Source: an uncultured Acidobacteriota bacterium (GTDB taxonomy: Bacteria > Acidobacteriota > UBA6911). From it: a DNA stretch of 64,000 nt. Positions 20,404-32,723 of this stretch are shown here, piece after piece. The stretch is from assembly GCA_963827655.1 (NCBI GenBank), contig CAWHCF010000021.1, forward strand, positions 34,128 to 98,127, written 5' to 3'. The position numbers and the translations under genes were made by a program. Each line of letters opens with the position of its first letter. Positions within the stretch are counted from its first letter, which is position 1. The notes below the pieces were generated by a model. The model did no database searches and had not been told where the DNA came from. It saw only the letters and a list, made by a program, of their open reading frames with translations.

Positions 20404-20765
20404 AAATATTGCTCGACGAGAACTTCCCCCTCCAGCTCTACGATCGTTTGCGACTGGAGGGTTACGAGGTAGAGCACATCATTGTTCTCGGCCAACGGGG
20501 GCTTTTAGACTCTGCCATTCGAAAGCGGGTGGCATCTGAGGAACTTCTCCTGCTCACGCAGGACGCAGAATTCGAAGACATACCGGGCAACTACCGTGGG
20601 ACCATCATCATCTCACGCGTGCGGCAGAGCCTGCCAATTCAAGATAGAACTGCAATCTGGTTTGGAGCAATCGAGAGATTCATTGCGCAGAGGCCCGCGG
20701 GAAAGCTGTTTGACCTGCTCGAAACAGGCGAGATCGTAGCGTGGGACATTCGTCACACGGAATAG
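20400..20765 (+). CDS. DUF5615 family PIN-like toxin
   Basis: MKILLDENFP...D..I...LLTQDAEF; GTGA overlap with DUF433. Confidence 0.88.
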   Translation: MKILLDENFPLQLYDRLRLEGYEVEHIIVLGQRGLLDSAIRKRVASEELLLLTQDAEFEDIPGNYRGTIIISRVRQSLPIQDRTAIWFGAIERFIAQRPAGKLFDLLETGEIVAWDIRHTE

Positions 20766-20814
20766 CCTCCCCAGTTCTTGGATTTGCTAGCACCAATCGA
20801 TACTGTGACAAAGT

Positions 20815-20893
20815 TTCTTGGTGTTTCTTAGCGTCTTCGTGTCTTCGTGGTTAGCGCTGCCAAACAAATACCGCTAAGACACGAAGAAACACC
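20815..20893. repeat. REP-like doublet (reverse and forward copy)
   Basis: tcttggtgtttcttagcgtcttcgtgtcttcgtggtt-agcgctgcc-aaacaaataccgctaagacacgaagaaacacc. Confidence 0.8.
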
Positions 20894-20895
20894 TT

Positions 20896-23085
20896 CTATC
20901 TCAGGAATCCGTCCGGCAGTCCGCCATCGACGGGGAGAACGTGACCGGTGGTTTTGGACAGCTGCCGCGAAACCAGCAGGAAGATAGCTTCGGCCTGGTC
21001 ATCGGGGTAGATGGGAGCCTGTGTCAGCGAGCGTTTGGCGTAGAATGCAGCCAGCTTATCCCGCAGTTCTTCGGTCGCTTCCTCTTCGCCGAAGGGAATC
21101 TGGTATTTCACCAGAGCCGAGATCACCCGTTCGCGGGAGAACATGGCGCTGCCCTTGATGACCGTCGCGGGAGCCACAGCATTCACCCGCACCAGCGGCG
21201 ACATCTCAATGGCCAGCTCGCGCACCAGATGGTTGGCCGCCGCCTTGCTGGTGTCGTATGCCAGGCTTCCCTTCTTGGCCACGATTGCGTTGGCGCTCGT
21301 GGTCATGACGATGCTGGCCGGCAGGCCCTGACGCTGGAAAACTCTGTACGCCTCATCAGCCACGAGATAGGCTCCCGTAACATTGATGGAGAACGTGCGC
21401 ACCCACTGGCTGTCCTCGATGCGACCGGATCTATCCGGCGGAACGAAGATCCCTGCCGTGATGACAACCGCGTCCAGGCCACCGTAGGCAAGCATCACGT
21501 CGCCGAACATCCGGGCGACACTCTCACGGCTGGTGATGTCGCACGCAAGTCCCGTGGCCGGCCCGCAGCTGCTGATGCCGCTGCCCGCGAGGCCAATCCC
21601 CGCGCCATAACGGGCAATGATCTCCTGCGCCGTCGCCTTCGCTGCCGTTTCATCCAGGTCGACGCACACCACGTGCGCGCCTTCCTTCACCAGGCGGTGC
21701 GCGCTCGCCTTTCCGATGCCGCTCCCGGCTCCCACGACGGCGATGATTTGACGGTCAAGCTCTTTCTCCGGCGGCAGCCGTCGAAGCTTGGCTTCTTCCA
21801 GCGACCAGTATTCGATGTCGAAGGCCTCTTGTTCGTCCATGGCCTCGTACCGGTCGATCGCCTCCGCCCCGCGCATCACCTGGACGGCCCCGTTGTAAAA
21901 CTCGGCGGTCACACGCGACTCGCTCTTGTTCTTTCCCCAGGCGATCATTCCCAGCCCCGGAATCAGCACGACCGTCGGGTTCGGGTCGCGCATCGGCGAC
22001 GAGTCGGGACGCTTGCAGCGGTTGTAGTAACGTTCATAGTCCTGTCGGTACTGAACCAGCCCTTCCGCCAGCGAGGATTTGAGAGCCTCGATGTCGCCCG
22101 TCTCCGGATCCCAGGCGGCAAACAGCGGCTTGATCTTGGTGCGCAAGAAGTGGTCGGGGCACGAGGTGCCGAGCGCAGCCAGGCGCGGACCATCCACGCT
22201 GCTCGTGAAGCGCAGCATTTCCGGGTCATCCTGCACCGTAGCCACAAGCCGCTTGTTGACGGACACCTGCCCCCGGAGCCAGGGGAGAATCTCGACGATG
22301 ATACGATGTCTTTCAGACTCCGGCACGGGCCCGAACTTGGGCCCGCCGAAGGTCATCTTGCCGCGGTCCCGCTGCGCGATATAACGCGCCGCCCGATTGA
22401 TGATCTCGAGCGCGGTCTCGTAGCAGGTCCGGTCGTCGTCGCTCCAGGAACTCATCCCGTGATGACCGAGCAGAACCCCTTTGGCCTTTGGATTCTCCTT
22501 GATGAGAGACTCGATCAGAAGCCCGATGTCGAACCCCGGACGCTGCCAGGGAACGTAAATCACGTCGTCGCCATAAATCTCATGGCAAAGCCGCTCCTGG
22601 TGGACCGAAGCCGCGACGGCGATCACCGCGTTCGGATGCAGGTGATCAACATGCTTGTAAGGAACAAAGGTGTGCAGCGGTGTATCAATGGAACACGCGC
22701 GCGGGTTCAAGTTGAAGACGCAATGGCTGTACAGGGGGTACATCTCATCTTCGATCCTGGTCTTCGGTCCCCTCTCCGGATCGTTGAGATAGAGCGGCCT
22801 CATCCTTCGAACCTTCTCGAGATAGAGTGACGCGAAGCCGTCGCGTTTGGCCGTCCGCAGATCTCCCCCGGAACCCTTGATCCACAACACCTCCACGCCT
22901 TCTCCTGTGAGCGGATCGCTCTCCATGAGCTTGGACGACGTGTTCCCGCCGCCGGTGTTGGTCAGGGTCAGATCATCACCGAGCCGGTTGGAGCGGTATA
23001 CCAGACGGTCCACGCCCGACAGCTTATCGGCGGCCTCTTGCTCCCAGAGGTACTTCACGAACTCGAACGAATCTTGTTTGCTCAT
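20896..23085 (-). CDS. rhaD: Bifunctional rhamnulose-1-phosphate aldolase / short-chain dehydrogenase
   Basis: GGGNTSSK, SIDTPLH, HLHP, CPDHFLRTK and FDIEYW motifs. SDR domain with GAGSGIG and YDTSK. Confidence 0.92.
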   Translation of the reverse strand: MSKQDSFEFVKYLWEQEAADKLSGVDRLVYRSNRLGDDLTLTNTGGGNTSSKLMESDPLTGEGVEVLWIKGSGGDLRTAKRDGFASLYLEKVRRMRPLYLNDPERGPKTRIEDEMYPLYSHCVFNLNPRACSIDTPLHTFVPYKHVDHLHPNAVIAVAASVHQERLCHEIYGDDVIYVPWQRPGFDIGLLIESLIKENPKAKGVLLGHHGMSSWSDDDRTCYETALEIINRAARYIAQRDRGKMTFGGPKFGPVPESERHRIIVEILPWLRGQVSVNKRLVATVQDDPEMLRFTSSVDGPRLAALGTSCPDHFLRTKIKPLFAAWDPETGDIEALKSSLAEGLVQYRQDYERYYNRCKRPDSSPMRDPNPTVVLIPGLGMIAWGKNKSESRVTAEFYNGAVQVMRGAEAIDRYEAMDEQEAFDIEYWSLEEAKLRRLPPEKELDRQIIAVVGAGSGIGKASAHRLVKEGAHVVCVDLDETAAKATAQEIIARYGAGIGLAGSGISSCGPATGLACDITSRESVARMFGDVMLAYGGLDAVVITAGIFVPPDRSGRIEDSQWVRTFSINVTGAYLVADEAYRVFQRQGLPASIVMTTSANAIVAKKGSLAYDTSKAAANHLVRELAIEMSPLVRVNAVAPATVIKGSAMFSRERVISALVKYQIPFGEEEATEELRDKLAAFYAKRSLTQAPIYPDDQAEAIFLLVSRQLSKTTGHVLPVDGGLPDGFLR

Positions 23086-23121
23086 AAGTCCTCAACACGA
23101 AGACGCTCTGTTTTCATTCCA

Positions 23122-24871
<1,750 letters not shown>

Positions 24872-24961
24872 AGCGTTTTCTGACCTTTTTTCCTGGCGTC
24901 TTCGTGTCTTTGCGGTTATGCGGAAGAATCGCTACGGTCACAAACGGACGGAATTGCGCAT

Positions 24962-25741
24962 TTAGTGGGTCATCGCGTATTCGATGACGTTGATGCCTAC
25001 CCGGTATGCAGCCAGCCCGTATTTCATCGGGTAACGCTGATCGTCGATCCACTCCCAGGCGTCGCCCAGATCGCAGTTGCGGGCGATGAAGGCGAGCAGC
25101 CGCCCTTTCTGGTCTTCGATGCCCATGTAGTGAGGGACAATCCCTCCCTTCTCGTAGGTGATGCCGCGGCCCAACCATGCTCCAATGCCCGGCACCTGTA
25201 CGACCTCGTCGATATCGAAGTAAGAGTGAAAAATCGAATGATCGAGCGGCAGATCTCTTATGTCGCAATCAGGGAACACCTTCCTCATCTGAGCCCGGAC
25301 ATTTTCCCATTCATAGTCGCCCCAGAAGTCATCCAGAAAAAGGAAACCGCCGCGCAATACGTATTCACGCAGCCGCTGGGCTTCTTCGTCCGCAAGCTCC
25401 ATGTAGCCCGGCTCGACAAAGTAAATCAGCGGATAGCCAAAGAGCTTCTCGTCCATGATCTGCATCTGCAGGGGCTTCTCGGAAATATCCAGATTAGCGC
25501 CCGACCAGTAGCGAACTCCCAGAACAAAGTGGTAATCCGCTTCCGGGAAATCTGTCGCCCAGGAGCCTCGCCAGCCTCTGAACGGAGAATTGTAAATCGT
25601 TCGGACGAAGGTAAACTCAGCCGGCCCTTTGGAAGGCTTCCGCTGGCGGCCAGGGGGGCCCGGGGGCTTGTCGAGCCTGACTTGTCCGATTGCGGATACG
25701 ACCAGTAGAAGTGCGGCAATGGCTACGATACGTCGTTTCAT
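24962..25741 (-). CDS. DUF4159 domain protein
   Basis: WATDFPEAD, LREYVLRGGFLFLDDFWG and DLGDAWE motifs. Confidence 0.85.
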   Translation of the reverse strand: MKRRIVAIAALLLVVSAIGQVRLDKPPGPPGRQRKPSKGPAEFTFVRTIYNSPFRGWRGSWATDFPEADYHFVLGVRYWSGANLDISEKPLQMQIMDEKLFGYPLIYFVEPGYMELADEEAQRLREYVLRGGFLFLDDFWGDYEWENVRAQMRKVFPDCDIRDLPLDHSIFHSYFDIDEVVQVPGIGAWLGRGITYEKGGIVPHYMGIEDQKGRLLAFIARNCDLGDAWEWIDDQRYPMKYGLAAYRVGINVIEYAMTH

Positions 25742-25969
25742 AGGCGCGTCACCGGCAACCTCAGGGTAAAACGGTCCTTTACTGATATTGACAGAAACGA
25801 CTGCAGTGTACTCAATAGTGGGCGTGGTTGGCCACCTTCTTCTGTCAGTCGCGGACGCTGTCGATCGGGAGACCCGGTGAAAAAAGCTTCTCGCTCGGTT
25901 CGAAACATCATTTCAAGTTCGGAGTATTTCTTGACTGAAGGTATCATTCTAATCAGAGGAGACAATCCA

Positions 25970-26347
25970 ATGAACCAACGAGTAGCAAGGTGTGCAGCGG
26001 CGATTCTGATTCTGGCCCTCGTCCCGGCCTGGGGTGCGGACGTGTCCGGAAAATGGACGGCACAGGTAGCGGGGCGCAACGGCCAGACCCGCGAAACCAC
26101 CTTCACCTTCAAGGTAGAAGGCACCAACCTGACGGGCACGATCTCCGGAAGGCAGGGGGATACCCCGATCGCAGACGGCAAGGTCAGCGGCGATGAGATC
26201 TCCTTCACCGTGACCCAGGAACGGCAAGGCAACAAGATCAAGACGACTTTCAAGGGAAAGGTCTCAGGCAGCGAAATCAAGTTCACCCGGTCAAGGGAAG
26301 GCGGGGAGCAGCCGCAGGAGTTTACCGCCAAGCGAGCCACCACCTAG
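25970..26347 (+). CDS. Small secreted beta-rich hypothetical protein
   Basis: GAGGAG RBS, a signal peptide and ADVSGKW...LTGT...DGKVSGDEISF. Confidence 0.8.
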   Translation: MNQRVARCAAAILILALVPAWGADVSGKWTAQVAGRNGQTRETTFTFKVEGTNLTGTISGRQGDTPIADGKVSGDEISFTVTQERQGNKIKTTFKGKVSGSEIKFTRSREGGEQPQEFTAKRATT

Positions 26348-26421
26348 CGTCTTCGAGTCTTCGTGGTTAGCATTGCAAAACCAATACCGCTAAGCCACAA
26401 AGACTCGAAGAAACACCAAGA
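26348..26421. repeat. REP-like doublet between convergent genes
   Basis: cgtcttcgagtcttcgtggtt-agcattgcaa-aaccaataccgctaagccacaaagactcgaagaaacaccaaga. Confidence 0.8.
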
Positions 26422-26427
26422 GGTTGA

Positions 26428-28593
26428 TCAGGCTTTCAGGCCGTTGGGCATCATCGGAAGCGCCCTGAGCCGATTGCCCGTGGCATCGAAGATGGCGTTG
26501 CTGATGGCCGGAGCCAGCCCGACTATGGGAGCCTCCCCTGCGCCGGCTGACGGAAGATCCCTGCGGTCGACCAGCACGGTTTGGAGAATCGGAACATCGC
26601 CGAAACGCGGGACGCGGTAGCGCGAGAAGCGTGGATTGAGAATCTTTCCGTCCTCAAACTCGATGGCTTCAAATAGCGCTCCTCCGAGACCCTGAACCAC
26701 CGCGCCCTCAACCTGGTTCTTCAGGCCGTCGGGATTGATAATTCCACCGCACTCGAAGGCGGTCACGACGCGCACGACCTTCACCTTGCCGGTCGAACGA
26801 TCCGCCGCAACTTCCGCGCAATTGGCCACGTACCCCCCTTTTTCAAATCCTCCCGCGATTCCATAGCCATGATCGGCTGAAACTTTGGCTTTGCCCCACC
26901 CGAAGGCTTTGGCTGCCGCGTCAAGCACGGCGCGCAGCCGCTCGTCTTTCAGGTTCTTCAAGCGGAATTCGAGCGGATCGATCTTCAGGCTTTGCGCCAG
27001 CTCATCGATGTGAACTTCACGCGCAAAATGGTTGGCTGTGGCAGCCAGGGCGCGATAAGAACCCTGACGCAAGGGCGAGCGCGCGGAATGAAATTCGATT
27101 CGCTGGTGTGGAATCTCGTAGAGCGGGCGAATGGCCGACGAGCCGGAGTTGTAGTTATGAAACTCCCAGGCCAGAATCGTGCCGTCTTTGCTCACCGCGC
27201 TCGCAATCTCGATCACGCCGGCGGGCCGGAAGTACGCCCAGGTGAATTCTTCTTCGCGCGTCCAGACAAGCTTGACGGGCTTGCCCGCTCCCTTTGCCAG
27301 GCGCGCCGCCTCGAGCGCGGCCTCACCCGTATGCTTGCCGCCGTACCCGGAACCGGTGTCGGGAACAATCACGCGGATGCGGTCTTCCGGAATTCGAAAT
27401 GCCGCAGCCAGCTCACTGCGGACCCCAAACGGGCGCTGCGTTCCGGTCCAGACCGTGAGCTTGCCCTCGTTCCATTCTGCAACAGCCGCGCGCGGCTCGA
27501 GAGGGGCGTGAGCGATATAAGCTACGGTGTAAGTCCGTTCAAACTTCTGATGAGCGGACGCCAGTCCTTCGCCAATCGAGCCGCGCGTGTAGTTGGAGCG
27601 GCCTTCGAATCCCTGAGCCTCGACCGGATTCTTTTTCAAATAATCGAAAAGGTCCCGCCCCGAAGGCTGCGGACCCGTTTTCCACTCTGCGCGAATCGCC
27701 GCCACTGCCCGTGAGGCCATGGGTTCGCCGGGCGCACAGACGCCGACGAAATCACCATCACGCACGACGGTCACACCGCTCAGGCTTTCAGCTTCTCGTA
27801 TATCAAGGGAAGCGAGCGTGGAGCCGAAGGCGGCAGGGCGCAGAACTTTCCCGTACAACATGCCGGGCCGTTTCATGTCCGAGGTGTATTGGTGCTTTCC
27901 GGTGACGATCTCGCGGCCATTGACCTTGGGCACCGCCTTTCCGGCAATCTGCCATCGATCCGGAGGCGTGATCGGCGCGCTTTCACTCATCGTCTTCGTG
28001 AGCTTCTGGCCTTGGCTGAGTTGTCCGAAGGTGAACGACTGTCGGGTCGGAGGGTGTGTGACCTTCCCATCGGCCGCCACAAGCGAGCTTCGGTCTACCT
28101 TCAAGCGCTCTGCAGCCAGATCCGTCAGCAACTCGCGCGCGACGGCGGCCACCTTGCGCAGTTGCGGGCTCATGGTCGGCGTGGTCCTGCTTCCGAACGT
28201 CCCCGCATCAAAGGGCGTCAGATCGGTATCACCCATCACCATACGGATGGAAGTCAGGGGCGCGCGCAACTCTTCTGCGACGACCTGAGTGAGCGACGTG
28301 CGGATGTCCTGGCCTACCTCGGCTTTGCCGGTGTAGACCGTCACCACGCCATCCTCTCCGATATGGAGCCAGGCTCCGATGTCCTGTGGCAGCTGTCGGC
28401 CGGGTCCGCGGCCGCGCCCTCCCCCCGACTCTTGCTGAGCCAAGCCTTCTTCGAGCGCGAGGACGATCAGAATCCCGCCGCCCATTACCTTGAAAAAATC
28501 GCGCCGTGCCAGCTCGAAATGATAAGCAGGCCCAGCAGCCAGCTCGTACCGTTCAGGTTCCAATGAGATTTGATCCATCGATCTCTCAGTCAT
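26428..28593 (-). CDS. Molybdopterin-dependent oxidoreductase large subunit (isoquinoline 1-oxidoreductase beta-like)
   Basis: GKAEVGQ, GTFGSRTT, AHAPLEPRAAVA, GSGYGGKH and GAGE motifs. Confidence 0.93.
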   Translation of the reverse strand: MTERSMDQISLEPERYELAAGPAYHFELARRDFFKVMGGGILIVLALEEGLAQQESGGGRGRGPGRQLPQDIGAWLHIGEDGVVTVYTGKAEVGQDIRTSLTQVVAEELRAPLTSIRMVMGDTDLTPFDAGTFGSRTTPTMSPQLRKVAAVARELLTDLAAERLKVDRSSLVAADGKVTHPPTRQSFTFGQLSQGQKLTKTMSESAPITPPDRWQIAGKAVPKVNGREIVTGKHQYTSDMKRPGMLYGKVLRPAAFGSTLASLDIREAESLSGVTVVRDGDFVGVCAPGEPMASRAVAAIRAEWKTGPQPSGRDLFDYLKKNPVEAQGFEGRSNYTRGSIGEGLASAHQKFERTYTVAYIAHAPLEPRAAVAEWNEGKLTVWTGTQRPFGVRSELAAAFRIPEDRIRVIVPDTGSGYGGKHTGEAALEAARLAKGAGKPVKLVWTREEEFTWAYFRPAGVIEIASAVSKDGTILAWEFHNYNSGSSAIRPLYEIPHQRIEFHSARSPLRQGSYRALAATANHFAREVHIDELAQSLKIDPLEFRLKNLKDERLRAVLDAAAKAFGWGKAKVSADHGYGIAGGFEKGGYVANCAEVAADRSTGKVKVVRVVTAFECGGIINPDGLKNQVEGAVVQGLGGALFEAIEFEDGKILNPRFSRYRVPRFGDVPILQTVLVDRRDLPSAGAGEAPIVGLAPAISNAIFDATGNRLRALPMMPNGLKA

Positions 28594-29074
28594 TGGACAC
28601 CCCTTTCTGGGCCTTGTCGCCGCTCGTAGCCTGGCGAATGGCCGCCACGATCCGTGGATACGTACCGCAGCGGCAGATGTTGCCCTCCATCGCGCGCGCG
28701 ATATCCGGTTCGCTCGGATGGGGATTCTTCTTCAACAAGCCGACGCCCGACATGATCATTCCCGGAATGCAGTAACCGCACTGCATGGCGCCGGCTTCGA
28801 GAAAGGCTGCTTGCAACGGATGCAGCCGGCCGCTCTGCTCCAGGCCTTCGATGGTGGTAACCTGTTTGCCTGCGATCGCACTCACCTTCGTTACGCAAGA
28901 CCGCGCAGGTTGCCCGTCGATCAGCACTGTGCAGGCGCCGCACTGCCCCTCGCCACAGCCGTATTTCGCTCCGGTAAGATCGAGGTCATCGCGCAAGACG
29001 CTGAGAAGACTTCTCTCGCTTTCCAGGTCAACGCGCCGTCTGGTTCCGTTGACGCGAAGCTCAATGACCTTCAT
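28586..29074 (-). CDS. (2Fe-2S)-binding small subunit (IorA/CoxS family)
   Basis: GAKYGCGEGQCGACTV, QCGYC and NICRCGTY motifs. Confidence 0.93.
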   Translation of the reverse strand: MKVIELRVNGTRRRVDLESERSLLSVLRDDLDLTGAKYGCGEGQCGACTVLIDGQPARSCVTKVSAIAGKQVTTIEGLEQSGRLHPLQAAFLEAGAMQCGYCIPGMIMSGVGLLKKNPHPSEPDIARAMEGNICRCGTYPRIVAAIRQATSGDKAQKGVSND

Positions 29075-29317
29075 AAGAACCCCCCACGGCTCGAGCCGAA
29101 GAAATCGTGCCCCAAGCTGCCTCGAATGACCTGACAAGGCGGAAGCCGTCAAGCGCGGGACGCTGTCGAGTGAACCACGCGAACGGTCCAGAATTAAGCC
29201 CGTCGAATTATAGCGTTGCCATTTGAAAAAGTGTGCTTGAAATTCCAAGCCGCCAGGTAGGTTATAATCCCACCGCCAGGACGCGAAGACGCCAAAAAAT
29301 CAGGAGGAAATCCAACG

Positions 29318-31205
29318 ATGCCAAATCTCAAGCGATTCTTGTTGCTCCACTGCGGGCTTCTCGGTCTCATTCTTTCTTCACCCCTGGGCGCTTCCCTCCC
29401 GCAGGACTCCGGCTACCTCCGAGACCACTACGAAAAAAAGGATTACATGATACCGATGCGTGATGGTGTGAAGCTCTTTACCATCGTCTACGCTCCGAAG
29501 GACACCTCGCAGAAGTATCCGATCATGCTCTTTCGAACGCCCTATTCGATCGCGCCCTATGGTTCGTCGGATTACCCCTCCCGGCTTGGCCCTGCGCCCG
29601 AATTCGATCGCGACGGCTACATTTTCGTGTTCCAGGATGTCCGCGGAAAATTCCGATCCGAAGGGGAATTCCTGGTGATGAAGCCGTACAAGCCGGGGAA
29701 GAAAAGCCCGCAGGACACGGATGAGAGCAGCGATACCTATGACACCATCGAGTGGCTCCTAAGGAACCTGCGGGGTCACAACGGACGCGTGGGACAGTGG
29801 GGCATCTCTTACCCCGGATGGCAGACGGTCATGGGAATGATCGACGCTCACCCTGCGCTGAAGGCCTCGTCACCCCAGGCTTCTCCGTCCGACATGTTCA
29901 TCGGGGATGATTTTCACCATAATGGCGCGTTTCGACTGATGTACGCCTTCAGCTGGCTTGCCGGCAACGCCCAGGTCCGCGCGGGGCAGTCCGAACGTCG
30001 GAATGGCGCCTTCAATTACGGCACGCCCGACGGTTACAAATTCTTTCTGGACGTCGGTACCGTATCGAGAGTCAACGAACTCTACTTCCAGAACCGCGTG
30101 CCTGCCTGGAACGAGTTCATGGAGCACCCGAACTATGACTCGTACTGGCAGGATCAGAATGCCCTGAAGGACTTGAAGAATATCAACCACGCGATCTTGA
30201 ATGTCGCCGGCTGGTTTGATGCCGAGGACTTCTACGGCCCCATGAGCATCTACTACACCATCGAGAAAGAGAATCCGAACAACAAGAGCACCCTGGTCGT
30301 CGGCCCCTGGCTCCACGGGGGCTGGAGTTCGATGGATGGAGAGTCTCTCGGCAACATCCGTTTCGGGTCGAAAACCTCGCTGCACTATCAGAAGGAGGTG
30401 TTGTTCCCCTTCTTCAACTACTATCTCAAGGACCGGGGTCCCCTTAACCAGGCCTGAGGCGGTCGTCTTCGAGACCGGGAAGAATGTCTGGAAAAGCTAC
30501 GACCGCTGGCCGCCGCGGGCTCTGGTGTCGAAAAACCTTTACTTCCATGACAACGGAAAACTCTCATTCGATCAGGTCACCGATAACTCCCCGGCGGCAT
30601 ACGATACGTACGTGAGCGATCCTCAGAAACCGGTTCCTTTCTCGGCAGAGACCCGGACTACCCAGGGGCATCTCTGGATGATCGAAGACCAACGCTTCGC
30701 AGCCAATCGCCCCGACGTGCTGGTTTATCAGACCGACGTGCTTCGTGAAAACGTCACGATCGCCGGACCGATAATCGCCAGCATACATGTCGCCACGTCG
30801 GGAACGGACTCCGACTATGTGGTCAAACTCATCGACGTTTATCCGAGCGACGCACCCGACAATCAGCCCAACGCCTGCAACGTGAAGATGGGAGACTTTC
30901 AGATGCTGCTCGCAGGAGAGGTCTTCCGCGCCAGGTTTCGCAATAGCTACTCCAAACCGGAGGCGATGATCCCTGACCAGCCGGTCAAGCTCGAGTTCGA
31001 CCTTAGAGATCGAAATCACACATTTCTTAAAGGTCACAGGATCATGGTCCAAGTGCAGAGCAGCTGGTTTCCCGTGATTGATCGAAACCCGCACAAGTTT
31101 GTGGATATCTATCGTGCTGCGCCCGGGGACTTTCAGAAGGCAACGCAGAAACTTTACCGGTCCACGCGATTCGCCTCGCACATAAAGCTGAATCTGGCGC
31201 AGTGA
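29318..31205 (+). CDS. CocE/NonD family hydrolase (alpha-amino acid ester hydrolase-like); +1 frameshift near 30452
   Basis: IPMRDGVKL, RTPY, QDVRG, GISYPG, GWFDAED and GPWLHG motifs; C-terminal GHRIMVQVQSSWFP. Confidence 0.9.
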
Positions 31206-32517
31206 CGGATCCGGATTCGACTCGATCCCCGAAGAGAGTCTGGTGAATCTCTCGGGCTCCGACGTAGACGAAGAAGACGAGCGCCACAGCCAGTACGGCG
31301 TTGATCACTACGCCGCTGCGAAAATCTTCGCCTACCCATCGAGTCCGGTTGTTCATTATCAGCAGGGTCAGCGCCAGCAGAGGCAGCAGCATGGCCCCAG
31401 TGAGTCCGAACGCGAGTTGAAGCTCCTGGACCGGCCAGCGCAGAAAAACGAGGGGAACGGTGGCGAGAAAAACCAGGTAGGCCCGGTAGGGGACCGAGCG
31501 GCTCACATCGACGTCGCCCCGCTGCCCGATGCCGCGTCCCGCGCGCAGCCAGAGCAAGTCGGTGAACAGATACGGCAGACTCTGCCAGACGCCGAGCAGC
31601 GCGGAAAAGACAGCCGCCCAGAAGCCGACCAGGAACACCCACTTTCCGAAGGGTCCCACGGCCATGGCCAACTGGTCAGCCAGCAAGAGCGCCAACCCTG
31701 CACCCTGTCCTTGCACCTGCACGCGCGAGCCGACAATTACTACCGCGATGCCGAACAATCCGATCACCGTGTAAGAGAGTGTCAGATCGAAGCGGCAGGC
31801 ACGCAGTCCCTCGCGGCCGGTTCTGCCTTCCTCGCGGATCCAGTAGCCGTAGCTGATGAGGGCAACGGTGCCGCCTATCGCGCCCACGAGCCCCACGACC
31901 CAGCCCGCGCTGCCGGCGGGAAGCGAGGGAACCAGCCCCCGGGCGACGGCTCCCCAGTCCGGCGCCAGCAGGAAGGCCGTCGACACCACGGTGGCGAACA
32001 TAGCACCGACGCAGACCGCCAGCACCTTCTTGAGCAGCGCATACCCTCCCAGCCAAACCAATGCCAGGCCGGCCAGGGAGTGAAAGGCACCCCAGAGGAT
32101 GCGCGAGGTGTTGAGATCGCCGATGGGAGCCAGGCCGGCGCCCGCTACGCCGCAGGCGCTGGACAGCATTCCGCCCGTTACCAGCGTGAACAACAGCAGG
32201 TAGCCCAAAAAGACCCAGTGAATCCACTTTCCCAGCCTCTCGATCCAACCTTCCAGCAGAGTCGTACCCGTGGCCATTTGCCAGCGGGCAATGCCTTCGT
32301 TCAGCGTCCACTTGAGCAGCACTCCGGCCGGCACTGCCCACAGCACGGCGATGCCCGCCTGGGCTCCCGCCAGGCTCCCGGTCAGAATATCCCCCGCTCC
32401 AACGCTGGTCGCCGTCAGCAGGATGGCCGGTCCGATGGCCGAAAGCGGCGATTTCCCGGACGGCGCCTGGTCGGGCTGCGCCGAGTTCACTGCCTGAGAT
32501 TTGCTCACGTTGAGCAT
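31042..32517 (-). CDS. Nramp-family divalent metal transporter-like membrane protein
   Basis: GPAILLTATSVGAGD, EGIARWQ, GGTV and about 11 TM helices. The 3' end is uncertain because it overlaps CocE. Confidence 0.8.
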   Translation of the reverse strand: MLNVSKSQAVNSAQPDQAPSGKSPLSAIGPAILLTATSVGAGDILTGSLAGAQAGIAVLWAVPAGVLLKWTLNEGIARWQMATGTTLLEGWIERLGKWIHWVFLGYLLLFTLVTGGMLSSACGVAGAGLAPIGDLNTSRILWGAFHSLAGLALVWLGGYALLKKVLAVCVGAMFATVVSTAFLLAPDWGAVARGLVPSLPAGSAGWVVGLVGAIGGTVALISYGYWIREEGRTGREGLRACRFDLTLSYTVIGLFGIAVVIVGSRVQVQGQGAGLALLLADQLAMAVGPFGKWVFLVGFWAAVFSALLGVWQSLPYLFTDLLWLRAGRGIGQRGDVDVSRSVPYRAYLVFLATVPLVFLRWPVQELQLAFGLTGAMLLPLLALTLLIMNNRTRWVGEDFRSGVVINAVLAVALVFFVYVGAREIHQTLFGDRVESGSVTAPDSALCARRIAWTGKVSALPSESPRAQHDRYPQTCAGFDQSRETSCSALGP

Positions 32518-32530
32518 TCGCTCACCGCAG

Positions 32531-32684
32531 GGTTCGCGCAGAAATAAGTTCGCATTCTGCTGCAGGCCCCCAGGCCCGCTGGCGAGGCGCGAGCGACGAT
32601 ACGTAGGCGCGGTACGTGGGAGCGAGCAAAGCCAGCGTGCGGGCCGACCCAGGCACCGCCCTGGCCAGAAGGTTCTGCGCAGCC
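32531..32684. mobile_element. MITE, shorter or degenerate copy
   Basis: The first ~60 bp are identical to the 44760 element. It ends ttctgcgcagcc, followed by ctaag and a REP remainder. Confidence 0.75.
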
Positions 32685-32723
32685 CTAAGACACGAAGAAA
32701 CGCCAAGAACCAGCCCCCCATCC

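Noticed and set aside
20941-22830. 629-aa plus-strand ORF
   Set aside because: Antisense shadow of rhaD-SDR.
29236-29268. Sigma70 promoter TTGAAA...TATAAT upstream of CocE
   Set aside because: The spacer is about 20 bp, so only the -10 box is convincing.
31243-32547. 434-aa plus-strand ORF
   Set aside because: Antisense to the Nramp-like gene.
32518-32721. N-terminal extension of the Nramp ORF
   Set aside because: It is read-through of the MITE and repeat sequence.
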